From the NCBI GenBank assembly GCA_944320235.1, contig CALUGQ010000010.1, positions 2,040-66,039 on the forward strand: DNA of 64,000 bases. Reading direction: 5' to 3'. The number at the start of each line of letters is the position of its first letter. Within the stretch, counting starts at the first letter, position 1. The notes under the pieces were generated by a model, which was not told the origin of the DNA, made no database searches, and saw only the letters and a program-made list of their open reading frames with translations. Positions 49,188-59,516 of this stretch are shown here, piece after piece. Position numbers and translations under genes: made by a program. This stretch comes from an uncultured Prevotella sp. Its GTDB lineage: Bacteria; Bacteroidota; Bacteroidia; Bacteroidales; Bacteroidaceae.

Positions 49188-51257
49188 TTAATCAGTGCCG
49201 CTAGTAAGGAGGGCACTGTTTATCTTACGGTCAATTTCTTCGTTTACCCTCTCGGTCTTGCGGCCAAAATCAAACGTGTATCGCAGCGAGATGGACACAA
49301 AGCGGCTTTGGCTCCTGTCGAATGTGCTTGTGTCTGCCCAATATGCATCCGTATCGGTGACACGATGGACACGCCGCTTAGCAAACGGGCAGCCCAAATA
49401 CAACTGCGCAAAAAATCCCTTGTGGCTGTAGGAGCAACTGAAGTCGTAATCAATAGGCTCTGCCACGATGGCTGTATTCTGGAAATCAATGTATTTCCGT
49501 CGAGAGGTGACATTGGCCGCCAGCATAAAGTCGCCAAGATAGTACAATACACCTGCAAAGCCCACATAGTGGGTGTGAGACATTGACGTGGAACCACGCA
49601 ACGACGTATACGACACGGCACCATTGCATGTCACTTGCAACTTGTCAGTAAGGCGGTAAGACACGCTCCCCCAAAACGAAACTTCATTCATCTCAATGTC
49701 ATTGGCATACGTTTTCAGCACCCGCGAGCCATCTTCCACAAGCCCATAGCTGTTGAGCACGAGGTTGTGGCCATAGTAATATTGCGGGTTAGCCATGACG
49801 CTGAGCTTGCCGAAACTCTGGCTGTAATATATATTAGAGTTAACGTTGCTCACACGGCGCAGGCTGCCCGTTCCCCTCATGGTCATGTAGGGTGATATTT
49901 CCACCTGCGCATTGTTAAACACGTTCATACCGTAAGTGGGGTTGGAATAGAAAGCCTGCCACGACAGCAGGCCATCATGCAGGCGCAACTGCATGGCCAC
50001 ATTGAGCCGCGGGGTAAGCTGGCTGAACTTGCGGCTGCCGTGCAATCGCAACTGCATCCAGTCAAGGCCCGTGCGCAGGCGCAGTGAGAGATTGCGCCCG
50101 AATTTCCGCGTATAAGATGCGAGAGCCAGCGACTCGCCTTTCCACAAGTGCTGCCACAAAGGGTTGTCGCCTGTGTAAGAAGAAATCCAAATGTCGTGAT
50201 AGTGTATCGCCATAGCCGTGAAAGCGTTCTTGCCCTTGGCGTATGAGTACGTCAAATCGGCCATGAAGCTGTAAGCATCCTCCTCGGCATGGGTGGCTGA
50301 TGCAAAAGCAGCCTCAGTGTAGTTGCGGTCGTAGCTGTTGCGCGAATATGAGCCATTTACTGTATAATTGAGCGTGTGGCATTCCGCCAAGCTCACTTGG
50401 CCGGAGAAGTCTATCTTAGGCGACAAGCCCTGCCTGGAAGTCGCCGACGCGAACTCAGAAAGCGAGCTGCCATCGCGCAGCCACCCTTCCTCAGCATCCG
50501 CCGGCGTGCTCTTGTTGTAAAGCGTCAGCTTGCCCACCCAATATGACTTATCCCTTTTGTTCTGCACCCTAAGCTGCACATACTCATCGTTATTGCGAAG
50601 CGACTGCGCGGCGTTGCTCTCACGCAACACATTGCCGGCAGGCAACTTGTAAAGCTCGGCGCCTGCGGCCTCGCTGCCACCAACGTTCTTGTAAGACGCG
50701 CCTGCAAACAATGAGTAAGTCACGCTGCCGCTGCTCATTGTGGCTGCCGCGGAGTAATAGCCCGAGCTGAAACCAACAATCTGCTCTGCTGATGCGGAAA
50801 CATAACCACCATAACGATACTGGCGCATCACGAAGTTTATGGCGAACTTGTCGTTGGCATACTTGCCGTCGGGCATATCCATGTACTCTATGCGCAATAT
50901 GTCCTGTGGGCGCATCATGCTCACCTCGTTGATGTCGCAAGGCTGCCCGTTGACATATATGGTGGCCTCAACGTTCATCAAGCTAACCTTTCCGGCCTTT
51001 TCGTCTACCTGCAAGCCGGGCAGCATAAGGTTGCGCAGCACTCCAAAGCCATTGGCGGCATGCTTGCGCTGGTCTGCATTGGGGAAAATCCACATGCTGC
51101 CGTCTTGCTTCCGCTGCATATTTGAGCCGGTGACAGTGACCTCGCGCACTGCAAGGTGCGCGTCAACGGAATCACGAGTCACGCTATCGGCTCTCTCTGC
51201 CAACAGACCAAGGGTGCTGACAAAGCATAGCAACAAAACGGAAGCAATTCTCAGCAT
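49188..51257 (-). CDS. Outer-membrane beta-barrel protein (plug plus barrel), paralog 1
   Basis: Signal peptide, MRPQDILRIEYMDMP plug motif, C-terminal ISLRYTFDFGRK. Confidence 0.8.
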   Translation of the reverse strand: MLRIASVLLLCFVSTLGLLAERADSVTRDSVDAHLAVREVTVTGSNMQRKQDGSMWIFPNADQRKHAANGFGVLRNLMLPGLQVDEKAGKVSLMNVEATIYVNGQPCDINEVSMMRPQDILRIEYMDMPDGKYANDKFAINFVMRQYRYGGYVSASAEQIVGFSSGYYSAAATMSSGSVTYSLFAGASYKNVGGSEAAGAELYKLPAGNVLRESNAAQSLRNNDEYVQLRVQNKRDKSYWVGKLTLYNKSTPADAEEGWLRDGSSLSEFASATSRQGLSPKIDFSGQVSLAECHTLNYTVNGSYSRNSYDRNYTEAAFASATHAEEDAYSFMADLTYSYAKGKNAFTAMAIHYHDIWISSYTGDNPLWQHLWKGESLALASYTRKFGRNLSLRLRTGLDWMQLRLHGSRKFSQLTPRLNVAMQLRLHDGLLSWQAFYSNPTYGMNVFNNAQVEISPYMTMRGTGSLRRVSNVNSNIYYSQSFGKLSVMANPQYYYGHNLVLNSYGLVEDGSRVLKTYANDIEMNEVSFWGSVSYRLTDKLQVTCNGAVSYTSLRGSTSMSHTHYVGFAGVLYYLGDFMLAANVTSRRKYIDFQNTAIVAEPIDYDFSCSYSHKGFFAQLYLGCPFAKRRVHRVTDTDAYWADTSTFDRSQSRFVSISLRYTFDFGRKTERVNEEIDRKINSALLTSGTD

Positions 51258-51322
51258 ATATTACTTGAATTTAAACTAAATTCATCCCGCTGGAAGCCAA
51301 CAGCAAAGGCAAGCTACGGGAA

Positions 51323-52642
51323 TCAGCCATTCAACAATTTTCTCCTGCAAGCCTCACTTATCACAAATTCATCAACAGTAGACTGGGAGTTTTCGACCAC
51401 ACAGGGCATAGGGTTGCCTGTGTCGCGAGCCTCCTTGCACTTTGCGATGCATGGCCCCATGCATATAGGCAACAGTTTACAAGCCAGGCACCGTTCGTTG
51501 TCAAACGTTGGGTGGGAAAACAAACTTGAGCGAAGCTTGTCACTCCATTCAATGTGGCCATCCTGCCCCAACCGCCCCAAGACCTTGTCATCGGCATAAT
51601 CCTGCGCCGTACACTTAAATACCCTCCCGTCGTAGTTAATGACATAATGATGCAGCCTGTCTGCATAACACCTGTGGAACATCCTTGGAGTAAACGCCCA
51701 AAAGTCCACACAAAAGCCATTGTCGGCAAACGCCTTGCGCACCATGCGCAAGCGTTCCAAATCTTCCTCATTGCACTTTATCTGCCACACCTTTTGGAAA
51801 TCGACCGTCATGTGACGCTTGGCGTTCTCCGTAAAAAGGGGTATTATATCCTCTATGCCGCGCAATGTTCTCTTGTCAAAGTTTATCCTCAATATTATAT
51901 GAGCATCCGGGATTATCTCCGGCAGCATATTGATGTTGCCAACTATTGCCTTGAACGTGCCGCCCTTGTCTGCGTTTTTCTTGATGACATTGTGATGGCG
52001 CTCATTGCCGTCGAGCGGTATCTGGAAGCTCGTGAAATGCAGCTCGGCCATTCTTTGCATCATCTTTTCGGTCATGAAAACAGAGTTGGTAGTCACGTGC
52101 TGAGTGAATCCTATGCCATGCTCCCGCACAAGTTCGTTGGCAACGGAGGATATCGGGGCAACAATTTCATCGAAATACATCAATGGCTCACCACCAAACC
52201 AGTCCAAATGCAAGGCCGTTATGCGCTTCTTTTCCACCAAGTATGCCATGTGCGATTTCACCGCCTTGACAATTTCTGGCGACATGCAGCCTTCATGCTG
52301 TGCCTTGGCGTATTCCGTGGAGCAATACCAGCACCGCAGGTTGCAGTCGAGCGTTGGGTTTATGGTTACGTGATAGCGTTGGTCTTCATAAACCACCTTG
52401 TTGTTCTGAAGCCTTATGTAATCAAGCTCATTGAAATCGCCATCGACTATGAAACCACTTTTCTTGAAGTTATCATAAAGAGACGGATAATCATGCCCAA
52501 AGCCTTCAAGGTTGTCTGCATAAGCCGACAAAATGGAGTATTCGTCTGCCGTTAGGCACACGAGAGAGTTCGTCAGTGTGTTATACACTAACTTATACGC
52601 CCCATGCGGCACAACGATATTATAGTAACTTAATTTATCCAT
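51323..52642 (-). CDS. Radical SAM/SPASM peptide maturase
   Basis: CNLRCWYC, WFGGEPL, SPASM Cys HRCYAD..FKCTA..CLACKLLPICMGPC. Confidence 0.92.
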   Translation of the reverse strand: MDKLSYYNIVVPHGAYKLVYNTLTNSLVCLTADEYSILSAYADNLEGFGHDYPSLYDNFKKSGFIVDGDFNELDYIRLQNNKVVYEDQRYHVTINPTLDCNLRCWYCSTEYAKAQHEGCMSPEIVKAVKSHMAYLVEKKRITALHLDWFGGEPLMYFDEIVAPISSVANELVREHGIGFTQHVTTNSVFMTEKMMQRMAELHFTSFQIPLDGNERHHNVIKKNADKGGTFKAIVGNINMLPEIIPDAHIILRINFDKRTLRGIEDIIPLFTENAKRHMTVDFQKVWQIKCNEEDLERLRMVRKAFADNGFCVDFWAFTPRMFHRCYADRLHHYVINYDGRVFKCTAQDYADDKVLGRLGQDGHIEWSDKLRSSLFSHPTFDNERCLACKLLPICMGPCIAKCKEARDTGNPMPCVVENSQSTVDEFVISEACRRKLLNG

Positions 52643-52687
52643 AATGACATTTATATTTTACCCGTATCTTAATTAAACAGCCTTACC

Positions 52688-53065
52688 CTACCTGCCTATC
52701 TCAACAGTATCGGCCAGGCGCGGCACTCCCTCGGTCTCCACAACCACGGTGCACTGAGCGGCATCTGTTCCGGCAAAGGTATATCCTATCACGGTACTAC
52801 GGTCGGCCGTCTCCTTGTCGTCAACCACGAGCTTGCCGTCCTTGATTATCTTCACACGAATGTCATCTGACTGACGGTTGAAAGCTATGGAAATGGTGCG
52901 GCTGCCATCTTCGTGGAACACCTCCACCGGGTTTGTGCCGACATTCCAATTGGGCTTGAAACCTATATCCTTTGACTTTGTAACCTCATCGCTTGCCTGC
53001 GTTGGCGAACAAAGGAACTGCATAAATAGCAATGCAGCAACTATAAAAAACCTGCTTCTTTTCAT
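52688..53065 (-). CDS. Small secreted DUF3244-like protein
   Basis: Signal peptide, beta-rich ~100-aa body; divergent from a TPR regulator. Confidence 0.6.
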   Translation of the reverse strand: MKRSRFFIVAALLFMQFLCSPTQASDEVTKSKDIGFKPNWNVGTNPVEVFHEDGSRTISIAFNRQSDDIRVKIIKDGKLVVDDKETADRSTVIGYTFAGTDAAQCTVVVETEGVPRLADTVEIGR

Positions 53066-53090
53066 AATAAATTCAATTGATTCGTGCTAG

Positions 53091-53121
53091 CAAAATTATA
53101 ATTTAAAATCAATGCGGCAAA
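53091..53121 (-). promoter_or_regulatory. Promoter of the RiPP operon
   Basis: Minus strand TTTG (53121-53118), 19-nt spacer, TAATTTTG (53098-53091). Confidence 0.7.
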
Positions 53122-53249
53122 ATTTTCTGATGAAAAATTAATTTTGCCTGTGACGTTTCAGAAAACTTGAAAATCCCCATAAACAAAGGGATTTAAACGA
53201 TTTTCAGCCCCAAAACACGCTTAAAACTTTCACACTGAGCGTCATCGAA

Positions 53250-53281
53250 TTTGGCCATTTCGGATGAAATTCATATTTTTG
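53250..53281 (+). promoter_or_regulatory. Promoter of the divergent TPR regulator
   Basis: TTTG 53250-53253, 20-nt spacer, TATTTTTG 53274-53281. Confidence 0.65.
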
Positions 53282-53308
53282 CAGCGGTTAATCTAAGTCA
53301 TTACTGAT

Positions 53309-54967
53309 ATGAACAAGAAAGCAAAAGGCATAAACTGGTGGCAGAAAAAATACATCATAATGACATTTTCAGCCATTGCCATCGTATGCATCGCATTGTG
53401 TTTATACCGCAACAATGAGACAACTGAGGCTAACATTACCCAAATTGACACCCTACTGGCACATGGCAAGGCTGACTCTGCATACCAAGCCTTACCAAAG
53501 GTGATAAAAGGGGGTATTCAAAGTGAAAGCGAGCAGGCTTATTACAATTTACTTAAGGCTGAGATAATGTTCAGAAAAAGCATTGCCCCGCCAGAATACA
53601 CTGGCATAAACCAAAGCATCAGTTTTTATGGCAAGGCAAAAGATTACCGTAAACTCGCAAGGGCATACTACGTAAAAGGGAGAATTGCAGACCTGAACGG
53701 AAATGTAAAAGAATGCGTAAAGTGCATGGCAATGGCGGAAAGTATGGCCTCCAAGACTAACGATAACCTTCTTAAATGTAGAATATACATAACCCTCACT
53801 GCAACATGCTTAAATGGAGGAGAAAGTCAGCTCGCGCTTGAAAATGGGAGGAAAGCAATATACTTCGGTGAGAAATCGGGAAACAAAGAAATGCTATTAT
53901 ACTGTTATAGCAACTTATCTTCAATACACTCAAGACTCAACAACCCAGACAGCTCCTTATTCTACGCAAACAAGAGCCTCCCCTTGATTAGGTACATATC
54001 AGACGGCAGCAAAATATATGCATTAACCAACATCGGGGCTGCCTACGAATTCCGCGACCCTGCCAAGGCGAAGGCTTACGCAAGGAAAGCCCTGGAGATA
54101 AAGCCTTATGCCAACGCATACCACCTGCTCGGTGCCATTGCATACAGGGAGGGGCGCACCGAAGATGGCAAGGCCCTGCTCTGGCGTGGCATAGAGGTGA
54201 GCACCGAACTAATGCGCACCATAAGCATGACGGAAGACCTGGCCGAGTGCGAGCAAAAGGAGGGGAACAGCGGCGAAGCGGCACGGCTACTGAAGATGGC
54301 CACGGCCATGCGCGACAGCCTGGCGCGCAAGAACACGGCAGACAGCATAGCCGGGGTGATGGCGGCGCACGAGCTGCTGCAAACCGAACAGGCCGCAAAA
54401 GCAGAGCGCTGTCTCTTTAATATAATTATATCAGCATTGGCCGCAGCTGCCGTGATAGGACTGTTGGCTGTTGTGGTTTACTTAAGCCTGTCGAAAAAAA
54501 GCCTGCGGCAGGCTAAGGAGAAGGCCGAGGAAAGCGAACGGGAGCTGAGTGCACTAAAGGAGAAGCTCGCAGCACTAAGGGCCACGGGCAAGAAAGAAGC
54601 CGACGCACATCAAAAGGAATTGCGCAAGATGGAGGCTCAGCACAAAAAAGCCGTGGAAGCTCTGAACAAGGCCACGGAGGAGACCATGGCCAACGGCCAC
54701 CGCCTGTACGGGCAGGTGGCGCGCGGAGAGAGCATAGCACAGTGGAAGAAAAGGGAGATGGCTTGGTTTGCCGAATACTACATGGCTATAAACAAGGAGT
54801 TCGGACACATGATAGAAAACGGCTACACGGGGCTTTCATACAGGCAGACTACGTTTCTCATACTTGAACACTTGGGCAAGACGCAAGAGGAAACCATGGA
54901 GATGATGAACATTAGCTACGACAACTACCGCAAGATGCGCTCGGTGATAAACACGAAGAAAATTTAG
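53309..54967 (+). CDS. TPR-repeat membrane sensor/regulator with C-terminal HTH-like domain
   Basis: N-terminal TM anchor, TPR helices, second TM, coiled coil, LSYRQTTFLILEHLGKTQEETMEMMNIS tail. Confidence 0.75.
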   Translation: MNKKAKGINWWQKKYIIMTFSAIAIVCIALCLYRNNETTEANITQIDTLLAHGKADSAYQALPKVIKGGIQSESEQAYYNLLKAEIMFRKSIAPPEYTGINQSISFYGKAKDYRKLARAYYVKGRIADLNGNVKECVKCMAMAESMASKTNDNLLKCRIYITLTATCLNGGESQLALENGRKAIYFGEKSGNKEMLLYCYSNLSSIHSRLNNPDSSLFYANKSLPLIRYISDGSKIYALTNIGAAYEFRDPAKAKAYARKALEIKPYANAYHLLGAIAYREGRTEDGKALLWRGIEVSTELMRTISMTEDLAECEQKEGNSGEAARLLKMATAMRDSLARKNTADSIAGVMAAHELLQTEQAAKAERCLFNIIISALAAAAVIGLLAVVVYLSLSKKSLRQAKEKAEESERELSALKEKLAALRATGKKEADAHQKELRKMEAQHKKAVEALNKATEETMANGHRLYGQVARGESIAQWKKREMAWFAEYYMAINKEFGHMIENGYTGLSYRQTTFLILEHLGKTQEETMEMMNISYDNYRKMRSVINTKKI

Positions 54968-55172
54968 CTCAAACTGACCTTTGGCCGGGTCTGTGCCCTG
55001 GTAAAGCCACTATGGCATACGGCGCCAGACCTGTTTTTTTGCTCTTCTGGATGGTCTCCGCAAGGGATGCGCATTCCATCAACAGCAAGCGAAAATCCTT
55101 ATCCAGAACTCGCGCACCACCAAAACCGAATATTGCTGTATAACGCGGCTTGGTGTTATCGCAAGAAATGAC

Positions 55173-55207
55173 AAAAACGCTGCCGGGCTAAGGATTGCCC
55201 GGCAGCG
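55173..55207 (-). terminator. Terminator of the ribosomal operon
   Basis: cgctgccgggc-N8-gcccggcagcg with a U-tract on the minus strand. Confidence 0.8.
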
Positions 55208-55243
55208 CTCATAAATGCATCAATAATCTTTTCATCCATAACA

Positions 55244-55792
55244 TCATTCAGCCTTGGGGGCTTCCTCCTTGGCAGGCGCCTCAGCGGCTGCCTCGGCCTG
55301 AGCCGACTCAGCTGCGGGAGCCTCCGTTGCCTCAACGGTCTCGGCTGTTGCCTCTGCAGCGGCAGCCTCGGCCTTGCCCGAGCGGCGAGAGCGGCGCGTA
55401 GCCTTCTTCTTCGTGGCGGTCTTGGCCATGTTCTCGTCGAAGTCTACCAGCTCGATGAAGCAGATGGGAGCGCCATCACCCTTGCGGAAACCGAGCTTGA
55501 TGATGCGGGTATAGCCACCGGGGCGGTCGCCCACCTTGGCGGCAACCGGGCCGAACAGCTCCTTGAGGGCTTCCTTATTCTGCAGGTAGCTGAACACCAC
55601 GCGGCGTGAGTGGGTGGAGTCGTCCTTGCAACGGGTGATGAGAGGCTCGGCGTACTTCTTCAGCGCCTTGGCCTTTGCGAGAGTCGTAGTGATTCTTTTG
55701 TGCATGATCAGCGAGATGGTCATGTTTGCGAGCATGGCATGACGATGGTCTGCAGTACGACTCAGATGTTTGAATTTTCTGTTATGTCTCAT
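55244..55792 (-). CDS. rplQ: 50S ribosomal protein L17 with Ala/Glu-rich tail
   Basis: [25 protein letters not shown]. Confidence 0.97.
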   Translation of the reverse strand: MRHNRKFKHLSRTADHRHAMLANMTISLIMHKRITTTLAKAKALKKYAEPLITRCKDDSTHSRRVVFSYLQNKEALKELFGPVAAKVGDRPGGYTRIIKLGFRKGDGAPICFIELVDFDENMAKTATKKKATRRSRRSGKAEAAAAEATAETVEATEAPAAESAQAEAAAEAPAKEEAPKAE

Positions 55793-55866
55793 TTTGTCTT
55801 TTTACTTTTACTGAGCGGCAGCCGTGCGTGGGCGCAACCTGAAAGCGCCCACGCGGCGGACGGCCG

Positions 55867-56859
55867 TCATTCCTTGTCTAACTTATACTTGGAAATATCG
55901 GTTCCAAACGACAGATTCAGACTCTCGAGCAAATCATCAAGCTCGGTGAGCGATTTCTTGCCGAAGTTGCGGAACTTGAGGAGGTCGGTCTTATTGTACT
56001 GAACGAGGTCGCCCAGCGTCTCCACATCGGCTGCCTTGAGGCAGTTGAGGGCGCGCACGCTGAGGTTCATGTCAACGAGTCGCGTCTTGAGCAGCTGGCG
56101 CATGTGCAGCACTTCCTCATCGAACTCCTGATTGCCGTCCACGTCGGTGTTCTCGAGCGTGATCTTCTCGTCGGAGAAGAGCATGAAGTGGTAGATGAGT
56201 ATCTTGGCTGCCTCCTTGAGTGCGTCCTTCGGGTGAATGGAACCATCCGTCGACACCTCAAGCACCAGCTTGTCGTAGTCGGTCTTCTGCTCGACACGGT
56301 ACGGCTCGACTGAATACTTGACGTTGCGGATCGGGGTGTAAATAGAATCGATTGGAATTACGTTGACATCGGTGCAGAACTCCCGGTTCTCGTCGGCGGG
56401 AACGTATCCGCGGCCTTTGTTGATCGTAAGGTCAATCTGCATTGAAGCCTTTGAATCTAAATGACAAATCACCAAATCAGGGTTTAACACTTCAAATCCA
56501 GTAAGATACTTGCCTATGTCACCGGCCTTGAACTCGGTGGAATTCTCGACTGTGATGCTTACCTTTTCGTTCTCGAATTCTTCTACTACTTGCTTGAACC
56601 TCACTTGCTTGAGATTCAGGATAATGTTGGTCACGTCTTCCTTTACACCGGGCACTGACGAGAACTCGTGCTCAACACCCGCTATGCGGACTGTGTTGAC
56701 AGCATAGCCCTCAAGCGATGAAAGAAGAATGCGGCGCAGGGCGTTACCTATGGTGACACCGAAGCCAGGCTCCAATGGACGGAATTCGAACTTGCCGAAC
56801 TTGTCCGTGGCCTCCAGCATTACGACTTTATCAGGTTTTTGAAATGCTAATATCGCCAT
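55867..56859 (-). CDS. rpoA: RNA polymerase alpha subunit
   Basis: [23 protein letters not shown]. Confidence 0.98.
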   Translation of the reverse strand: MAILAFQKPDKVVMLEATDKFGKFEFRPLEPGFGVTIGNALRRILLSSLEGYAVNTVRIAGVEHEFSSVPGVKEDVTNIILNLKQVRFKQVVEEFENEKVSITVENSTEFKAGDIGKYLTGFEVLNPDLVICHLDSKASMQIDLTINKGRGYVPADENREFCTDVNVIPIDSIYTPIRNVKYSVEPYRVEQKTDYDKLVLEVSTDGSIHPKDALKEAAKILIYHFMLFSDEKITLENTDVDGNQEFDEEVLHMRQLLKTRLVDMNLSVRALNCLKAADVETLGDLVQYNKTDLLKFRNFGKKSLTELDDLLESLNLSFGTDISKYKLDKE

Positions 56860-56871
56860 TAATTCAATGAT

Positions 56872-57477
56872 TTATTTAGAGTACAACTCAACGATTAACT
56901 GCTCCTTAATGTTCTCAGGGATGTCCGCACGGTCGGGCTTGTGGAGATACTTGCCTCCCATGATGTTGGCATCCCACTCGAGCCATGGATACTTGCTGTG
57001 GTTGAAACCTGCAAGCGCAGCCTCAATGACCTCAAGCGACTTCGACTTCTCGCGCACGGCCACAATCTGGCCGGGCTTTACAGAGTAAGAAGGGATGTTA
57101 ACCACTTGTCCGTCGACAGTGATGTGCTTGTGGCCCACGAGCTGACGGGCAGCTGCACGCGTGGGAGCGATGCCGAGACGGAACACGATGTTGTCAAGGC
57201 GGCTCTCAAGGTTCTGCAACAGCACCTCACCGGTGATGCCCTCTGCGCGCGCGGCCTTCTCGAACATATTGCGGAACTGGCGCTCAAGCACGCCATAAGT
57301 ATACTTGGCTTTCTGCTTCTCTGCCAGCATGACACCGTACTCGGAAGTCTTCCTGCGGCGGCTGTTGCCATGCTGTCCAGGAGGGAAGTTTCTCCTAGAC
57401 AAAACTTTGTCTGCGCCGAAGATGGGCTCACCAAAACGACGCGCAATCCTTGATTTCGGTCCAATATATCTTGCCAT
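56872..57477 (-). CDS. rpsD: 30S ribosomal protein S4
   Basis: [20 protein letters not shown]. Confidence 0.98.
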   Translation of the reverse strand: MARYIGPKSRIARRFGEPIFGADKVLSRRNFPPGQHGNSRRRKTSEYGVMLAEKQKAKYTYGVLERQFRNMFEKAARAEGITGEVLLQNLESRLDNIVFRLGIAPTRAAARQLVGHKHITVDGQVVNIPSYSVKPGQIVAVREKSKSLEVIEAALAGFNHSKYPWLEWDANIMGGKYLHKPDRADIPENIKEQLIVELYSK

Positions 57478-57514
57478 AATTCTTTTTGCTTAATTGTTCT
57501 GATATGCTCGTTGA

Positions 57515-57904
57515 CTACACTCTTCTTCTCTTCGGAGGACGGCATCCGTTGTGAGGCAGCGGAGTAACATCCACAATCTCGGTAACCTCAATGCCGGCAC
57601 CATGCACGGCACGGATAGCCGACTCGCGGCCATTGCCCGGTCCCTTTACGTATGCCTTCACCTTGCGCAGGCCAAGGTCGTAAGCAACCTTGGCGCAATC
57701 CTCGGCTGCCATCTGGGCTGCATAAGGTGTGTTCTTCTTTGAACCGCGGAAGCCCATCTTTCCGGCAGAAGACCAAGAGATGACCTGGCCCTCGCTGTTG
57801 GCCAAAGAGACGATGATGTTATTGAACGAGCTGTGCACGTGGAGCTGACCCATAGCGTCCACTTTCACGTTCCTTTTCTTTGAAGTGACTGTTTTCTTTG
57901 CCAT
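57515..57904 (-). CDS. rpsK: 30S ribosomal protein S11
   Basis: [21 protein letters not shown]. Confidence 0.98.
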   Translation of the reverse strand: MAKKTVTSKKRNVKVDAMGQLHVHSSFNNIIVSLANSEGQVISWSSAGKMGFRGSKKNTPYAAQMAAEDCAKVAYDLGLRKVKAYVKGPGNGRESAIRAVHGAGIEVTEIVDVTPLPHNGCRPPKRRRV

Positions 57905-57934
57905 AATTCCTAATTCCTAATTCAAAAATCACAA

Positions 57935-58315
57935 TTACTTGGTGGCCTTCTTCTTGTTTGCAACAGTCTTCTTCTTTCCCTTGCGGGTACGAGCATTGTT
58001 CTTAGTGCTCTGACCGCGAACCGGAAGACCGAGACGATGACGGATACCACGATAGCAACCAATGTCCATCAGTCGCTTGATGTTCAGCTGGATCTCCGAA
58101 CGGAGGTCACCTTCAACTTTGTATTCAGCGCCGATGATTTCACGGATTTTGGCTGCCTGGTCGTCTGTCCACTCGCTGACCTTCAGGTCGCGGCTAACGC
58201 CTGCCTTATCCAATATCTTTGCTGAACTACTTCGACCTATACCGTAGATATAAGTCAATGCGATTTCGCCACGCTTGTTCTGGGGCAAATCTACTCCAAC
58301 AATTCTTATTGCCAT
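57935..58315 (-). CDS. rpsM: 30S ribosomal protein S13
   Basis: [22 protein letters not shown]. Confidence 0.98.
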   Translation of the reverse strand: MAIRIVGVDLPQNKRGEIALTYIYGIGRSSSAKILDKAGVSRDLKVSEWTDDQAAKIREIIGAEYKVEGDLRSEIQLNIKRLMDIGCYRGIRHRLGLPVRGQSTKNNARTRKGKKKTVANKKKATK

Positions 58316-58350
58316 TTGTTAATAAATAAATGAAATGATTGATAACTTAC

Positions 58351-58467
58351 TTAACCCTGACGCATCTTGTACTTAGGGTTCTTCTTGTTGATAACGAACA
58401 GGCGACCCTTGCGACGCACAATCTTGCAGTCGGGGGTGCGCTTCTTCAATGATGCTCTTGTCTTCAT
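58351..58467 (-). CDS. rpmJ: 50S ribosomal protein L36
   Basis: Manual translation [38 protein letters not shown]. Confidence 0.95.
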   Translation of the reverse strand: MKTRASLKKRTPDCKIVRRKGRLFVINKKNPKYKMRQG

Positions 58468-58481
58468 ATTACGACTAATGG

Positions 58482-58700
58482 TTATTTGTATCTAAACACG
58501 ATTCTTCCCTTGGTCAAGTCGTATGGGCTCATCTCTACCTTGACCTTGTCGCCCGGGAGAATCTTGATGTAGTGCATACGCATCTTGCCCGAAATGTGGG
58601 CTATTATCTGCACTCCATTTTCAAGCTCCACACGGAACATTGCGTTGGAAAGCGACTCGATGATCGTTCCATCTTGCTCTATAGCTGATTGCTTTGCCAT
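58482..58700 (-). CDS. infA: Translation initiation factor IF-1
   Basis: [23 protein letters not shown]. Confidence 0.98.
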   Translation of the reverse strand: MAKQSAIEQDGTIIESLSNAMFRVELENGVQIIAHISGKMRMHYIKILPGDKVKVEMSPYDLTKGRIVFRYK

Positions 58701-58702
58701 TT

Positions 58703-59503
58703 TCAGTATATGTTGCCTTCTAAACGTTCTACTTCTTCGAATGATGATAAAATATCTGCCTTGCCCTTGCGTATTGCTATCGTATGCTCAAAGTGAGCGG
58801 CAGGCTTGCCGTCGAGTGTCTTGACTGTCCAGCGGTCGGGCATCAAGCCGATTGCCTTGTCGCCCATGGTAACCATAGGCTCTATGGCTATGCACATGCC
58901 TGACTTTAGCATTATGCCATTACCTCTGCGCCCATAGTTAGGAACCTTGGGGTCTTCATGCATCTCGCGACCAATGCCATGACCTGTCAGTTCGCGGACA
59001 ATGCCATAGCCGTAGCCTTGACAATAGTCCTGAACAGCAGCTCCGATGTCGCCAATGTGCTTGCCAGCCATCGCGGCATCAATGCCCAGATAGAGCGACT
59101 CTTTCGTGACCTTAAGCAGTTGCCTTACCTCGGGAGCGACCTCACCAACACAAAAAGTGTAGCATGAATCTCCATTGTAACCGTTAAGCAACACTCCGCA
59201 GTCAATCGAAATGATGTCACCATCCTTCAGTATGGTATCGTCGTCAGGTATGCCATGCACTACCACGTCGTTGACCGAAGTGCAGATACTGGCCGGAAAC
59301 GGCGCGCCATATGGATTGGGGAATCCCTTGAAGGTTGGCTCGGCCCCATTGTCACGGATGAACTCTTCGGCAACTTTGTCAAGCCGGGAAGTGGCAACGC
59401 CGGGCTTTATGTGGCTAGCCAATTCGCCAAGCGTCCTGCCCACGAGCAGGTTCGCTTGGCGCATAAGCTCTATTTCATCCTCAGTCTTCAGAAATATGTT
59501 CAT
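58703..59503 (-). CDS. map: Type I methionyl aminopeptidase
   Basis: [29 protein letters not shown]. Confidence 0.96.
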   Translation of the reverse strand: MNIFLKTEDEIELMRQANLLVGRTLGELASHIKPGVATSRLDKVAEEFIRDNGAEPTFKGFPNPYGAPFPASICTSVNDVVVHGIPDDDTILKDGDIISIDCGVLLNGYNGDSCYTFCVGEVAPEVRQLLKVTKESLYLGIDAAMAGKHIGDIGAAVQDYCQGYGYGIVRELTGHGIGREMHEDPKVPNYGRRGNGIMLKSGMCIAIEPMVTMGDKAIGLMPDRWTVKTLDGKPAAHFEHTIAIRKGKADILSSFEEVERLEGNIY

Positions 59504-59516
59504 CGCTGAAGCTCAA

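Noticed and set aside
30400-55000. Prophage, ICE or IS origin of the islands
   Set aside because: No integrase, transposase, relaxase, tRNA target or clear att repeats were seen
58703-59503. map inside the ribosomal operon as unusual
   Set aside because: The secY-map-infA arrangement is common in spc operons
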